From contig JBECKX010000189.1 in NCBI GenBank assembly GCA_040235515.1, positions 1 through 31,693 on the forward strand: a stretch of 31,693 bases of DNA, given 5' to 3'. Source of the stretch: Candidatus Zixiibacteriota bacterium (GTDB lineage: Bacteria > Zixibacteria > MSB-5A5 > CAIYYT01). Positions 1 to 8,743 of this stretch are shown one piece after another (position 1 is the stretch's first letter; every line of letters begins with the position of its first letter). The position numbers and the translations under genes are program-made. The notes under the pieces were generated by a model. It saw only the letters and a list, made by a program, of their open reading frames with translations, did not search any database and was not told where the DNA came from.

Positions 1-1433
1 GGGACGTCTACAACTATGAGAAGTTCGAGGAGTCGTACGGTGAGATTTACTCCGCCTACCAGGAGCGCGGTTACCTGCATATCCGGGTCTACGACAACGT
101 TCAGACCGTCGACTCGCTGCTGAATGTTGAGTTTGAGATCTCTGAGGGTGTTCCCGCGCACATCAACAAGATCTATGTCGAGGGTAATACCAAGACCAAA
201 GAGAAAGTGATTCGCCGCGAACTCCATTCGACTCCGGGCCAGATTTTCTCCCGGACGCTGTTGATGCGCTCGCTGCGAAATGTCATGGTGCTGAATTACT
301 TCAGCAACGTCGAGCCGGATATCAAAGACCTCCCGAACGGCGATGTCGACCTCGTGGTGAAGGTTGAGGAAAAACCTACCGGACAGATTCAGGCCGGCGC
401 CGGCTATTCGGGACAGGACAAGCTGGTTGGCACGCTCGGGCTGGGGATTCCCAATTTCCGGGGCAACGGCCAGAATGTAAGCCTCGACTGGACATTTGGC
501 GCAGAACGCAATTCGATCGCGCTCTCATTTACCGAACCATGGATGTTCGGGACACCGACGCTATTCGGAGTTGATCTCTACAATGTCAATCGCAACCTCG
601 ACTTCGGTGACGAGGAGTTCACGGAACAGAGCCGCGGACTCGGAGTCAAGCTGGGCAGGCGGCTTCGCTGGCCCGATGACTACTTCCAGGTTGTGGGTCG
701 CTACACGCTCGAACAGCTCCGCTACTACGACTTTAACGACGTTTACCGCGATCGCTACAAAGACGAGCCGAACAGCCTGTTGCGTTTTGAGAATGATTAC
801 CTGACTACATCCGCGCTCGGACTGACCATCTCGAGAGATTCCCGAAACCTGCCCCAGTTTGCCACTGCAGGCTCGGTGGTTTCGCTTAATAACGAGGTGT
901 CAGGATGGGCGCTCGGTGGAGACTGGAAGTATTACAAGTCGGTTCTTGATGTCGCCAAGTATACGCGCATCCTCTGGAAGATCGCTCTTGTGACGAAGAT
1001 GCGCGTTGGAGTGATCGATAGCCCCGACGGTGATGCGGGAATTCCGTATGCGGAGCGTTTCGCGCCGGGTGGAACCTACGCCGACGGCATGATCAGAGGG
1101 TATGATGACGGAACGGTTGGACCGGTGAACTCAGAGGGTGGTCTCCTGCGCGGCCGCTCGGTGCTGGTCTATAACGCCGAGTTGCAGATTCCGGTGGTGG
1201 ATCAGCAGATTTATGGACTGCTGTTTGCCGACGCGGGCAACGCCTGGCTGAGTGGAAAGCGGATTAAACCGTTCGATCTTGATCGTGTGGATGGGTTGAA
1301 AAAATCGGTCGGAGCAGGTTTCCGCGTGGTCGTTCCGGGATTGGGCACGATCGGGTTCGACTTCGGCTACGGGTACAACAATCCCGAGGGTCCGGGCTGG
1401 AAACCGCATTTCCAGATTGGCAGAAGCTTCTAA
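1..1433 (+). CDS. bamA: Outer membrane protein assembly factor BamA (5'-truncated by window edge)
   Basis: Frame is open from base 3 (DVYNYEKFEES...INKIYVEGNTKTKEKVIRRE, POTRA-type). It has the VEEKPTGQIQAGAGYS barrel start, the IRGY loop-6 motif and a C-terminal Phe, and is followed by skp and lpxD. Confidence 0.97.
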   Translation, partial: DVYNYEKFEESYGEIYSAYQERGYLHIRVYDNVQTVDSLLNVEFEISEGVPAHINKIYVEGNTKTKEKVIRRELHSTPGQIFSRTLLMRSLRNVMVLNYFSNVEPDIKDLPNGDVDLVVKVEEKPTGQIQAGAGYSGQDKLVGTLGLGIPNFRGNGQNVSLDWTFGAERNSIALSFTEPWMFGTPTLFGVDLYNVNRNLDFGDEEFTEQSRGLGVKLGRRLRWPDDYFQVVGRYTLEQLRYYDFNDVYRDRYKDEPNSLLRFENDYLTTSALGLTISRDSRNLPQFATAGSVVSLNNEVSGWALGGDWKYYKSVLDVAKYTRILWKIALVTKMRVGVIDSPDGDAGIPYAERFAPGGTYADGMIRGYDDGTVGPVNSEGGLLRGRSVLVYNAELQIPVVDQQIYGLLFADAGNAWLSGKRIKPFDLDRVDGLKKSVGAGFRVVVPGLGTIGFDFGYGYNNPEGPGWKPHFQIGRSF

Positions 1434-1518
1434 ATTCTGCATCCTTACTCAAGTTTGATCAGGTTACTGATTCTGGATTAGCATTTAATTCGCCTTAAGA
1501 GGTCTCGGAGGAAAACGA

Positions 1519-2049
1519 ATGAAAGGAACTCTCAAATCAGCGTTGGTTCTCGCACTACTTGTCGCAGTAATCGCTCCTGTCGCCGCTAAAGCGCAGGCGC
1601 GTATCGCATATATTGATTCGTATCGCATTCGACTCGAATACCAGGAATTCAAAGACGCGCAGACCCAGTTCAACAAGGAAGTTGAAGAGTGGAACCAGGA
1701 AGTGGAGCAGGGTCAAAAAGAGATCGAGCAGATGGAAGATGAGCTGAGCAAGCAGGCTTTGATTCTCTCGGAAGCCAAGCGCAAGGAGCGCGAGCAGGCT
1801 ATCGAGCAGAAGAAGGCCGAGTGGCAGCGCCTGGCCAACGAGATTTTTGGCCCCGAGGGTCGTGCCGAAAAACGCAATGCTGAGTTGACCAAGCCGCTGC
1901 TGGAAAAGATCAACGCTGCTCTGGAGAAGGTAGCACTGGCTGAGGGTTACGACCTGATCCTCGATACGGTCAATGGCAACGTCGCCTATGGCCGGAAGGA
2001 GCTGGAGATCACCGATCGCGTGCTTGAAGAACTGGAAAACATGCAATAG
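1519..2049 (+). CDS. skp: OmpH/Skp periplasmic chaperone with signal peptide
   Basis: GGAGG RBS; signal peptide ending ...VAAKA; IAYIDS N-terminal strand, coiled-coil body, GYDLILD and ITDRVL motifs; bamA-skp-lpxD synteny. Confidence 0.95.
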   Translation: MKGTLKSALVLALLVAVIAPVAAKAQARIAYIDSYRIRLEYQEFKDAQTQFNKEVEEWNQEVEQGQKEIEQMEDELSKQALILSEAKRKEREQAIEQKKAEWQRLANEIFGPEGRAEKRNAELTKPLLEKINAALEKVALAEGYDLILDTVNGNVAYGRKELEITDRVLEELENMQ

Positions 2050-2065
2050 TTCCAATCCTGTGTCC

Positions 2066-2533
2066 ATGTTCTCCAAGCGGCGGGCAATCGCGTTCATCGA
2101 TTCTATTCGACTTCGGCGGGAATACAAACCGTTTCAGGACGCTCAGGAGCAGTTCAACAAAGAGGTTGAAGCCTGGAACGTCGAGGTGCAGGAAGCGGAA
2201 CGTGAGATCGTTGGACTTGAACAACGGTTCAACGAACAGTCCTTCCTTTTCTCCGATAGCGAGAAACAACAGCGCGTGCGCGAGATTCAGCAACAACGAC
2301 AGGACTACCAGCGTTTCTCCCAGGAGATTTTCGGTCCTGATGGGAAGGCCGAAAAGCGCAACCGCGAGTTGACGAAGCCGCTGCTTGAGAAGATAAATGA
2401 TGCGTTGAGCAAGGTCGCTGCCGCCGAAGGCTGCGATGTCATCCTTGATACCGCGAACGGTTCTGTGGCGTTCGGGAGCAAAGACCTTGACCTGACGGAC
2501 CGAGTCCTCCACCAGTTAAGGAGTGAAGGATAG
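2066..2533 (+). CDS. Second OmpH/Skp paralogue, no signal peptide
   Basis: Gap-free alignment to mature Skp1 (about 82/149 identical by manual count). Start placed at ATG 2066; GTG 2060 is possible, and the track start at 1973 overlaps skp1 and looks non-coding. Confidence 0.88.
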   Translation: MFSKRRAIAFIDSIRLRREYKPFQDAQEQFNKEVEAWNVEVQEAEREIVGLEQRFNEQSFLFSDSEKQQRVREIQQQRQDYQRFSQEIFGPDGKAEKRNRELTKPLLEKINDALSKVAAAEGCDVILDTANGSVAFGSKDLDLTDRVLHQLRSEG

Positions 2534-2536
2534 CTA

Positions 2537-3586
2537 ATGAAGCTCTCAGAGATCGCACAACACCTCGGCGCGGAACTGATCGGCAATGCCGACCTGGAGA
2601 TAACCGGTGTTGCATCGATCGAGACTGCGACGCCGGATAAGGTCACATTCCTGGCAAATGAAAAATACGCCCGCTTTCTGGCGGACTCCAAAGCAGGCGC
2701 GGTGATCGCCAAACAACGGCACGATGCGTCTGAGCGCAGCTTTTTGATTCATCCCGATCCCTACTACTCTTTCGCCCGTTGTCTGAGGCTCTTCTATGAA
2801 CTCCCGCAGGCGTCGCTCCCGGCCGGTAAAGCCGCCAGCGCTGCTGTCGCGGCGGACGCCAACATCGCCGCCTCGGCGCATGTCGGTGAATTCGTACAGG
2901 TCGGTTCCGGTACCACAGTCGGCGATGAATCGCGGATCATGACTAATAGCGTCGTGGGAAGAAACTGTAAGCTGGGGAAGAACTGCCTGATCTATCCCAA
3001 TGTCACCATCTACGACGACACCATCATCGGCGACAATGTCACGATACACGCCGGCGCGGTCGTTGGTTCGGATGGCTATGGTTACGCGCAGCATCAAGGT
3101 GTTCACTACAAAGTGCTTCAGGTTGGGCGCGTCCGGATCGAGGATGATGTCGAAATCGGAGCCAATGTCACGATTGACCGAGCGGCGTTGGGGGAGACTG
3201 TAGTCGGAGCGGGCACCAAGATCGACAATCTGGTGCAGATCGCGCATAACGTGCAAATTGGCAAAGGCTCGCTGCTGGTGTCGCAGTCAGGAGTCTCGGG
3301 CTCCACCAGGCTGGGCGACTATGTCGTCCTTGCGGGTCAGGCCGGGTTGGTCGGGCATATCAATATCGGAGACCGAGTCATCGTCGCCGCGCAGTCAGGT
3401 GTGACCAACGATGTCGAACCGGACAAAGTCGTCGGCGGCTCGCCGGCTCGCGACATACGTGACTGGAAAAAGCTCGAGGCGCATCTTAGCCGCCTTCCCG
3501 ATCGGATGAAGGAGTTGAAGTCGCTGAGACATCAGATCGAAGACCTCACCGAACGTATTGCCAGACTCGAACAGGACAACAACTAG
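2537..3586 (+). CDS. lpxD: UDP-3-O-acylglucosamine N-acyltransferase
   Basis: Hexapeptide repeats; [20 protein letters not shown] and [14 protein letters not shown] motifs. Confidence 0.97.
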   Translation: MKLSEIAQHLGAELIGNADLEITGVASIETATPDKVTFLANEKYARFLADSKAGAVIAKQRHDASERSFLIHPDPYYSFARCLRLFYELPQASLPAGKAASAAVAADANIAASAHVGEFVQVGSGTTVGDESRIMTNSVVGRNCKLGKNCLIYPNVTIYDDTIIGDNVTIHAGAVVGSDGYGYAQHQGVHYKVLQVGRVRIEDDVEIGANVTIDRAALGETVVGAGTKIDNLVQIAHNVQIGKGSLLVSQSGVSGSTRLGDYVVLAGQAGLVGHINIGDRVIVAAQSGVTNDVEPDKVVGGSPARDIRDWKKLEAHLSRLPDRMKELKSLRHQIEDLTERIARLEQDNN

Positions 3587-3653
3587 TTTCGCTGCTCCCA
3601 TTTCCTTCAACAGGCTAAAGGCCTGATTCAATCCGATTTCAGCCAGAAAGAAT

Positions 3654-3682
3654 TTGTTCGCGCTATCTCAATCAGGTAGTAT
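3654..3682 (+). promoter_or_regulatory. Putative sigma70 promoter for the mscS-CCC pair
   Basis: TTGTTC-N17-TAGTAT upstream of the GGAGGA RBS. Confidence 0.45.
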
Positions 3683-3733
3683 CGCTCCAGTTGGGCAAGC
3701 AGTTACAATTCACTCGTGGGAGGACAAATCACA

Positions 3734-4630
3734 ATGCCGGAAACCATGTCAGATTTGTTCGGTGCGATTGATTCTGCCTTTCACTACGAACTATTCAAGC
3801 TGAACAATACCTCCATCACGATTGCATCGCTGGCGATGTTCGTGCTGGTGTTTCTCTTCTTCTTCCTCCTCTCCCGGTTCGTCAATCGCTTCGTACTCAG
3901 GAATCTCCTTGGTCGGTTCCAGATCGCCCAGGGGACGCAGTTCATGCTGCGTCGCATCAGCCACTATCTCATCATGATCTTAGGCACACTGATGGCGTTT
4001 CAGTTTATCGGCATCGACCTGAGCGGACTGGCGGTAATCTTCGGCCTGCTCTCCGTCGGAATCGGATTCGGTCTGCAAAACCTGACTTCGAATTTCATCT
4101 CGGGTGTCATCCTCCTGTTCGAGCGGCCGATCAATGTCGGCGATCGCATCACGGTCAACGACACCGAGGGTGATGTGATGTCGATCAACATGCGGTCCAC
4201 GACTATCTCGTCATTGCAGAATATCACGATTATCGTGCCGAACTCTCAGTTTATCTCCTCGCAGGTGATCAACTGGTCGCATGGCGACACGAAGATCAGG
4301 CTGGATATCGATGTGGGTGTCTCCTACAACTCTGATCTGGATAGAGTGATCAAAGCGCTAACAGAAGTCGCGGAGGAGCACCCCGGAGTGCTCAACAATC
4401 CACGCTGTAACGTGTTGTTTCGCAGCTTCGGGGATTCGGCGTGGAATCTGACGCTGTGTGCGTGGATATCTGACCCGAAAGGACATCATCAGATCCGATC
4501 GGAGTTAAACGGTGCGATCGTGCGCAAGTTCCGCGAGTACGAGATCGAGATTCCATTCCCGCAGCGTGATTTGCACGTGCGCTCACCGCTGCCTGTACCA
4601 CTTGCTTCCGAGCAGCGCGACAGCGCGTAA
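3734..4630 (+). CDS. Small-conductance mechanosensitive channel (MscS family)
   Basis: GIGFGLQNLTSNFISGVILLFERPINVGD, IIVPNS, VINWS and IEIPFPQRDLH motifs. Start at ATG 3734 after GGAGGA. Confidence 0.95.
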   Translation: MPETMSDLFGAIDSAFHYELFKLNNTSITIASLAMFVLVFLFFFLLSRFVNRFVLRNLLGRFQIAQGTQFMLRRISHYLIMILGTLMAFQFIGIDLSGLAVIFGLLSVGIGFGLQNLTSNFISGVILLFERPINVGDRITVNDTEGDVMSINMRSTTISSLQNITIIVPNSQFISSQVINWSHGDTKIRLDIDVGVSYNSDLDRVIKALTEVAEEHPGVLNNPRCNVLFRSFGDSAWNLTLCAWISDPKGHHQIRSELNGAIVRKFREYEIEIPFPQRDLHVRSPLPVPLASEQRDSA

Positions 4631-4657
4631 ATTGAACGCCCTAACAAGAAGAGATAT

Positions 4658-6886
4658 ATGACAACTAACATTCAGCACGCTAAAGCCAACTTCGGAACCG
4701 CTCCGGTTTTCTTAACCGCCATCGCGACGATCCTCGGCGCGATCATGTTCCTCCGATTCGGCTACTCAGTCGGCAATATCGGATTGCTGGGAACATTGGC
4801 GGTGGTTTTAGTCGGGCACCTGGTGACAATCCCGACCGCGCTGGCAATCGCGGAGATAGCCACCAATCAGAAGGTCGAGGGTGGAGGGGAATACTTCATC
4901 ATCTCCCGCTCTTTCGGCCTGAACATAGGTGGTTCGGTCGGAATCGCCCTCTTTCTCTCACAGGCGATCAGTGTGGCGTTCTATATCGTTGCATTCGCTC
5001 AGGCGTTTGATCCGGTAATCTCCCACGCTGCCACCAGTTGGGGCATTGACATCAGCGACAAGCGGATCTTCAGCATCCCGACACTCATCCTGCTGGCGGT
5101 GCTGATGCTGACCAAGGGAGCTGATATCGGGGTTAAGGCGCTCTATGTGGTGGTTGCCACACTGGCGGTTTCGTTGTTCATGTTCTTCCTCGGCTCCGGC
5201 AGCTATGACGCCCCGACCGGTGTGGATATATTGACCAACAGGGTCGAGCAGCCGGACCCCTTCTTCCTCGTGTTCGCGATCTGCTTTCCTGCTTTCACCG
5301 GAATGACGGCTGGAGTAGGGTTGTCGGGGGATCTGAAAGACCCGAAGAAATCAATCCCGCTCGGGACATTGCTGGCGACGGTGATCGGGATGGTGACCTA
5401 CGTCGCCATCGCCTACAAACTGGCAATCTCGGCGTCGCCGGCTGACCTGGACGCCGACCAGCTCGTGATGAGCAAGATAGCGGTTTGGGGGCCGATCATT
5501 CCAATCGGACTGGCAGCGGCAACGATCTCCTCCGCACTCGGTTCGATCATGGTTGCGCCGCGAACGCTGCAGGCGCTTGCTTCCGACAACCTCTTTCCCG
5601 CGAAACCGATTAACGGATGGCTGGCGCGCGGCAAAGGAGCACTGGCGGAGCCGGTGAATGCTTCAATCGTGGTTGTGCTGATAGCGTTTTGTTTCCTCCT
5701 GATCGGCGACGTTGATTTTGTCGCGCAGATCATTTCGATGTTCTTCATGGTAACGTACGGCTCGATTTGCCTGATCTCGTTTTTGCAGCACTGGGCGGCT
5801 GATCCCTCGTATCGACCGACCTTCAAGTCTCGCTGGTATATCTCATTGCTCGGGTTCCTGATGTGTGTCTGGCTGATGTTCAGTATGTCGCCCGGCTACG
5901 CGGTTGCATCGGTGGCTGTGATGATCATCCTTTACATGAGCATCACCGCCTACACCAAAGAGAAACGGGGAATGGCGATCATCTTCCAGGGGGCGATTTT
6001 CCAACTCAGTCGCAAGCTACAGGTGTTCTTACAGAAGACGGAGAAAGAGGAGCGCACCGCTTGGCGTCCATCGATTGTCTGTTTCGGTCACGAATCGTTC
6101 CGGCGGTTGGGGGTATTCGAACTCCTGCGCTGGCTCAGTGCGCGTTACGGCTTCGGCACCTATATCCATTTTATCAAGGGTTATCTCTCGAAGGACTCGC
6201 ACCACTCCGCGCGTGAAGCGCTCGACCGCTTGATCAAGATGGCGCATCTCTCCGAATCGAATTTCTACATCGATACTCTGGTCAGTCCATCAACGACCTC
6301 AGCCATCGCGCAGATCATCCAGCTCCCCGGCATCTCCGGCAAAGAGAACAACATGATTCTCTTCGAGTATGATCGTGACAGGGCTGAGAATCTCGCGGAT
6401 ATCATCGATAACTACCAGTTGGTGCGGTCGGCTGACTTCGATGTGTGCATCCTGGGCAGCTCCGATCGCGGTTTTGGCTACAGAAATGAGATTCATGTCT
6501 GGCTGACTTCAAGAGATTTCGATAACGCCAACCTGATGATCCTGCTGGCCTTCATCGTTCTCGGACACGAGGATTGGAAGCGGGGGCTGATCAAGCTCTA
6601 CGCCGTCTTCCCCGAATCGGAACTGGAGGATCAGTATGAGAGTCTGCTGGAGCTGGTTCAGGCGGGCAGGCTCCCGATCACGCGTAACAATATCGTGGTG
6701 CTTCCGCAACCGGAGGGCAAAGAAGTGAAACAGATCATCCAGGAAAATTCATCGGACGCAGACCTGACCATTATTGGGTTCCGGGGCGAATCGTTGAAAG
6801 CACGGGGGAGCAGCGTATTTGAAGGTTACGACAAGGTCGGGAATATCTTGTTCGTGAACTCGACTCACGAGAAGGAGATCAGCTGA
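4658..6886 (+). CDS. SLC12/cation-chloride cotransporter-like APC-superfamily permease
   Basis: IATNQKVEGGGEYFIISRSFG and FPAFTGMTAGVGLSGDLKDPKKSIPLGT are CCC-type motifs. About 12 TM segments are followed by a roughly 290-aa cytoplasmic domain starting near WRPSI. Confidence 0.88.
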   Translation: MTTNIQHAKANFGTAPVFLTAIATILGAIMFLRFGYSVGNIGLLGTLAVVLVGHLVTIPTALAIAEIATNQKVEGGGEYFIISRSFGLNIGGSVGIALFLSQAISVAFYIVAFAQAFDPVISHAATSWGIDISDKRIFSIPTLILLAVLMLTKGADIGVKALYVVVATLAVSLFMFFLGSGSYDAPTGVDILTNRVEQPDPFFLVFAICFPAFTGMTAGVGLSGDLKDPKKSIPLGTLLATVIGMVTYVAIAYKLAISASPADLDADQLVMSKIAVWGPIIPIGLAAATISSALGSIMVAPRTLQALASDNLFPAKPINGWLARGKGALAEPVNASIVVVLIAFCFLLIGDVDFVAQIISMFFMVTYGSICLISFLQHWAADPSYRPTFKSRWYISLLGFLMCVWLMFSMSPGYAVASVAVMIILYMSITAYTKEKRGMAIIFQGAIFQLSRKLQVFLQKTEKEERTAWRPSIVCFGHESFRRLGVFELLRWLSARYGFGTYIHFIKGYLSKDSHHSAREALDRLIKMAHLSESNFYIDTLVSPSTTSAIAQIIQLPGISGKENNMILFEYDRDRAENLADIIDNYQLVRSADFDVCILGSSDRGFGYRNEIHVWLTSRDFDNANLMILLAFIVLGHEDWKRGLIKLYAVFPESELEDQYESLLELVQAGRLPITRNNIVVLPQPEGKEVKQIIQENSSDADLTIIGFRGESLKARGSSVFEGYDKVGNILFVNSTHEKEIS

Positions 6887-7211
6887 GTTCCTCGGCGAGC
6901 TTCTGCGGTACCGGCTGATGCTCACGACTGAAGCGATTCACGGCGTCGACCAGCATCTCAATCGACTCCGCGTAGTGCCCCTTCTTGAAGACCAGGCGGG
7001 CGACGTTGTTGCGCTGAATCCCTTTCAGTGAAAATAGGTCTTCGACCTGCAGCCGCCAGAAGGGACGCGCCAGGTTGTGGTAGTAACGCAGCCTGCCGAG
7101 CGAACCGAGCGAGACAATGAACTCCAGGTCGGTCGGCTGGTCGAAGACAACATCGCGCGACACGGTGTTGTCGAAACAATCCTCGACTTCCCGAACGGCC
7201 ACGATCTTCAC
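6879..7211 (-). CDS. Hypothetical protein (110 aa) coupled to the desulfurase
   Basis: GTG start overlaps the upstream TGA (GTGA overlap). Globular-looking sequence with EDCFD, YYHNLARPFW and LKG motifs. Confidence 0.75.
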   Translation of the reverse strand: MKIVAVREVEDCFDNTVSRDVVFDQPTDLEFIVSLGSLGRLRYYHNLARPFWRLQVEDLFSLKGIQRNNVARLVFKKGHYAESIEMLVDAVNRFSREHQPVPQKLAEELS

Positions 7212-8404
7212 ATCTCTACCCTCGCGCCACACATCTGCCTGATTGCCGAGAGGAATTCCTCGATCTCATCGAAGCTGGTGAAGAACGATGGACTCACACG
7301 GACGCTGCCATACGGGTGCGAACCGATATGCTTGTGAATCAGCGGCGCACAATGGATACCGCTGCGAACGGTAATGCCAAACGAATTCTGCAGCACGTAA
7401 CCGACATCATCGGGGTCGAGGTCGTCAAGATGGAAATTCAGGATCGGCAAATGCTCGCAGTCGCGATCGTATCCCAGCAGGGTGACTCCCTCAATGTCTT
7501 CGAGCCCCTCCGCCAGCGCTTTGAGTAGTTGATCCTCCCGCTTTCGGATGGTGGCGATTCCCGTATTCTGCACGAAACGAATCCCCGCCTCCATCGCCGC
7601 GAATCCCGGCAGGTTTGCCGTGCCGGCCTCGTAGCGGAATGGTCGCCGTCGCGGTTGGGTGAGAGATTGGCCCATCGCACCGGTACCGCCGTGCAGCAGC
7701 GGCTCGAGTTCCAGTCCCTTGCGCAGGTAGAGCGCACCGGCTCCGGGAATGCCATAGAGCGACTTGTGCCCCGTCAACGCCAGCATATCCACATCGAGCT
7801 GTTGGACATCGATTTCGATCAACCCCGCAGCCTGAGCGGCATCGACCAACACGCTGCAATCAGCCTCGTGCGCGATCCGGCAGATTTCGGCGATTTCCTG
7901 AACTCGGGCGGTGACGTTGCTCGAATAGGTAATGACAATCAGCCGGGTATCCCCGGTCATTGCAGCCTTGATATCATCTGGATCGACCCATCCGGTAGAA
8001 TCACAGCCTACCGTAGAGAGCCGGATTTTTTTCGAGTTGAGCAGGTGATGGAGCGGCCGCACGACCGAATTGTGTTCTACGGCCGTGGTAATCACGTGTG
8101 AATCAAGGATATTCGCGCCGAGGAGTGCCAGGTTGAGTGACGCGGTTGCACCGCTGGTTAGCACTATCTCATTGGCGTTCTTGGCGTTAACGAGATTCGC
8201 TACAGCCTGTCTGCAGGTTGAACGAATCCCGATGCCGATCGAATCCTCCCCGACACGCTCCTGCTCAGCCAATGGCTGTTCGAGGGCTTGCTGAACCGCT
8301 TCCAGAACTTCCGGCGGCTTCGGAAAGGAGGTCGCCGCGTTATTGAGGTAAATCCCCACCGGCGCCGCAGGCGCGCGAGATGTCATATCTGCCATATTAC
8401 TCAT
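7208..8404 (-). CDS. Class-V PLP aminotransferase; cysteine desulfurase/selenocysteine lyase-like
   Basis: YLNNAATSFPKP, EHNSV, VDAAQ, TGHKSL (PLP Lys), EAGT and RSGIHCAP (catalytic Cys) motifs. Start is one of ATG 8404, 8395 or 8386; the track extension to 8566 runs across the divergent promoter. Confidence 0.93.
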   Translation of the reverse strand: MSNMADMTSRAPAAPVGIYLNNAATSFPKPPEVLEAVQQALEQPLAEQERVGEDSIGIGIRSTCRQAVANLVNAKNANEIVLTSGATASLNLALLGANILDSHVITTAVEHNSVVRPLHHLLNSKKIRLSTVGCDSTGWVDPDDIKAAMTGDTRLIVITYSSNVTARVQEIAEICRIAHEADCSVLVDAAQAAGLIEIDVQQLDVDMLALTGHKSLYGIPGAGALYLRKGLELEPLLHGGTGAMGQSLTQPRRRPFRYEAGTANLPGFAAMEAGIRFVQNTGIATIRKREDQLLKALAEGLEDIEGVTLLGYDRDCEHLPILNFHLDDLDPDDVGYVLQNSFGITVRSGIHCAPLIHKHIGSHPYGSVRVSPSFFTSFDEIEEFLSAIRQMCGARVEM

Positions 8405-8486
8405 TTCGGATTCTCTTGACAGGACTTGACAGTTCGAACCGCGAGCCGCTCGCCGAATTCGTACCGCTTTTGGAGAAGTTGTATTC

Positions 8487-8514
8487 TTGACAAGGGAACC
8501 GAAGTGCGTATAAT
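8487..8514 (+). promoter_or_regulatory. Consensus sigma70 promoter
   Basis: TTGACA (8487-8492)-N16-TATAAT (8509-8514), both hexamers perfect. Confidence 0.85.
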
Positions 8515-8551
8515 TAGGGTCGACCGAAAACAAGAGAGGAGAACAGAATAA

Positions 8552-8743
8552 ATGGCAAAGAGACAATCGTTTGCGGATAAGGCAAACAAGAAGTCACACG
8601 CCAAAGTCTGTCCGGTTTGCAATGCGACGATTGAAGCGATTCGCATCGTCGATCCCACCTACCGCAGCGACAAGAAGTCGTGGAAGTTCGGTGACCGGAT
8701 GGTCGAAGTGTGCAAGTGTAACGAAAAAGAAATTTTCGCTTAA
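8552..8743 (+). CDS. Small basic Cys4 (CxxC...CxC) protein, candidate DUF4295/bL38-like ribosomal protein
   Basis: Perfect promoter and GAGAGGAG RBS; MAKRQSFADK start; Lys-rich; CPVC and CKC motifs. Coding status is well supported, the function is inferred. Confidence 0.8.
   Translation: MAKRQSFADKANKKSHAKVCPVCNATIEAIRIVDPTYRSDKKSWKFGDRMVEVCKCNEKEIFA

Noticed and set aside
2066..2110. Tat signal (SKRR) on the second Skp
   Set aside because: There is no hydrophobic h-region; the mature fold starts immediately after RR.
1555..3256. Long antisense ORFs (1555-2127, 2009-2512, 2546-3256 and many similar ones elsewhere)
   Set aside because: They are shadows of well-supported genes on the opposite strand and have no recognisable motifs.
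7208..7210. TGA of the desulfurase read as selenocysteine
   Set aside because: The enzyme is already complete, the in-frame continuation is not protein-like, and the downstream gene is in another frame.
8405..8566. N-terminal extension of the desulfurase in the ORF track
   Set aside because: It overlaps the divergent promoter and the small gene; homology begins near IYLNNAAT.
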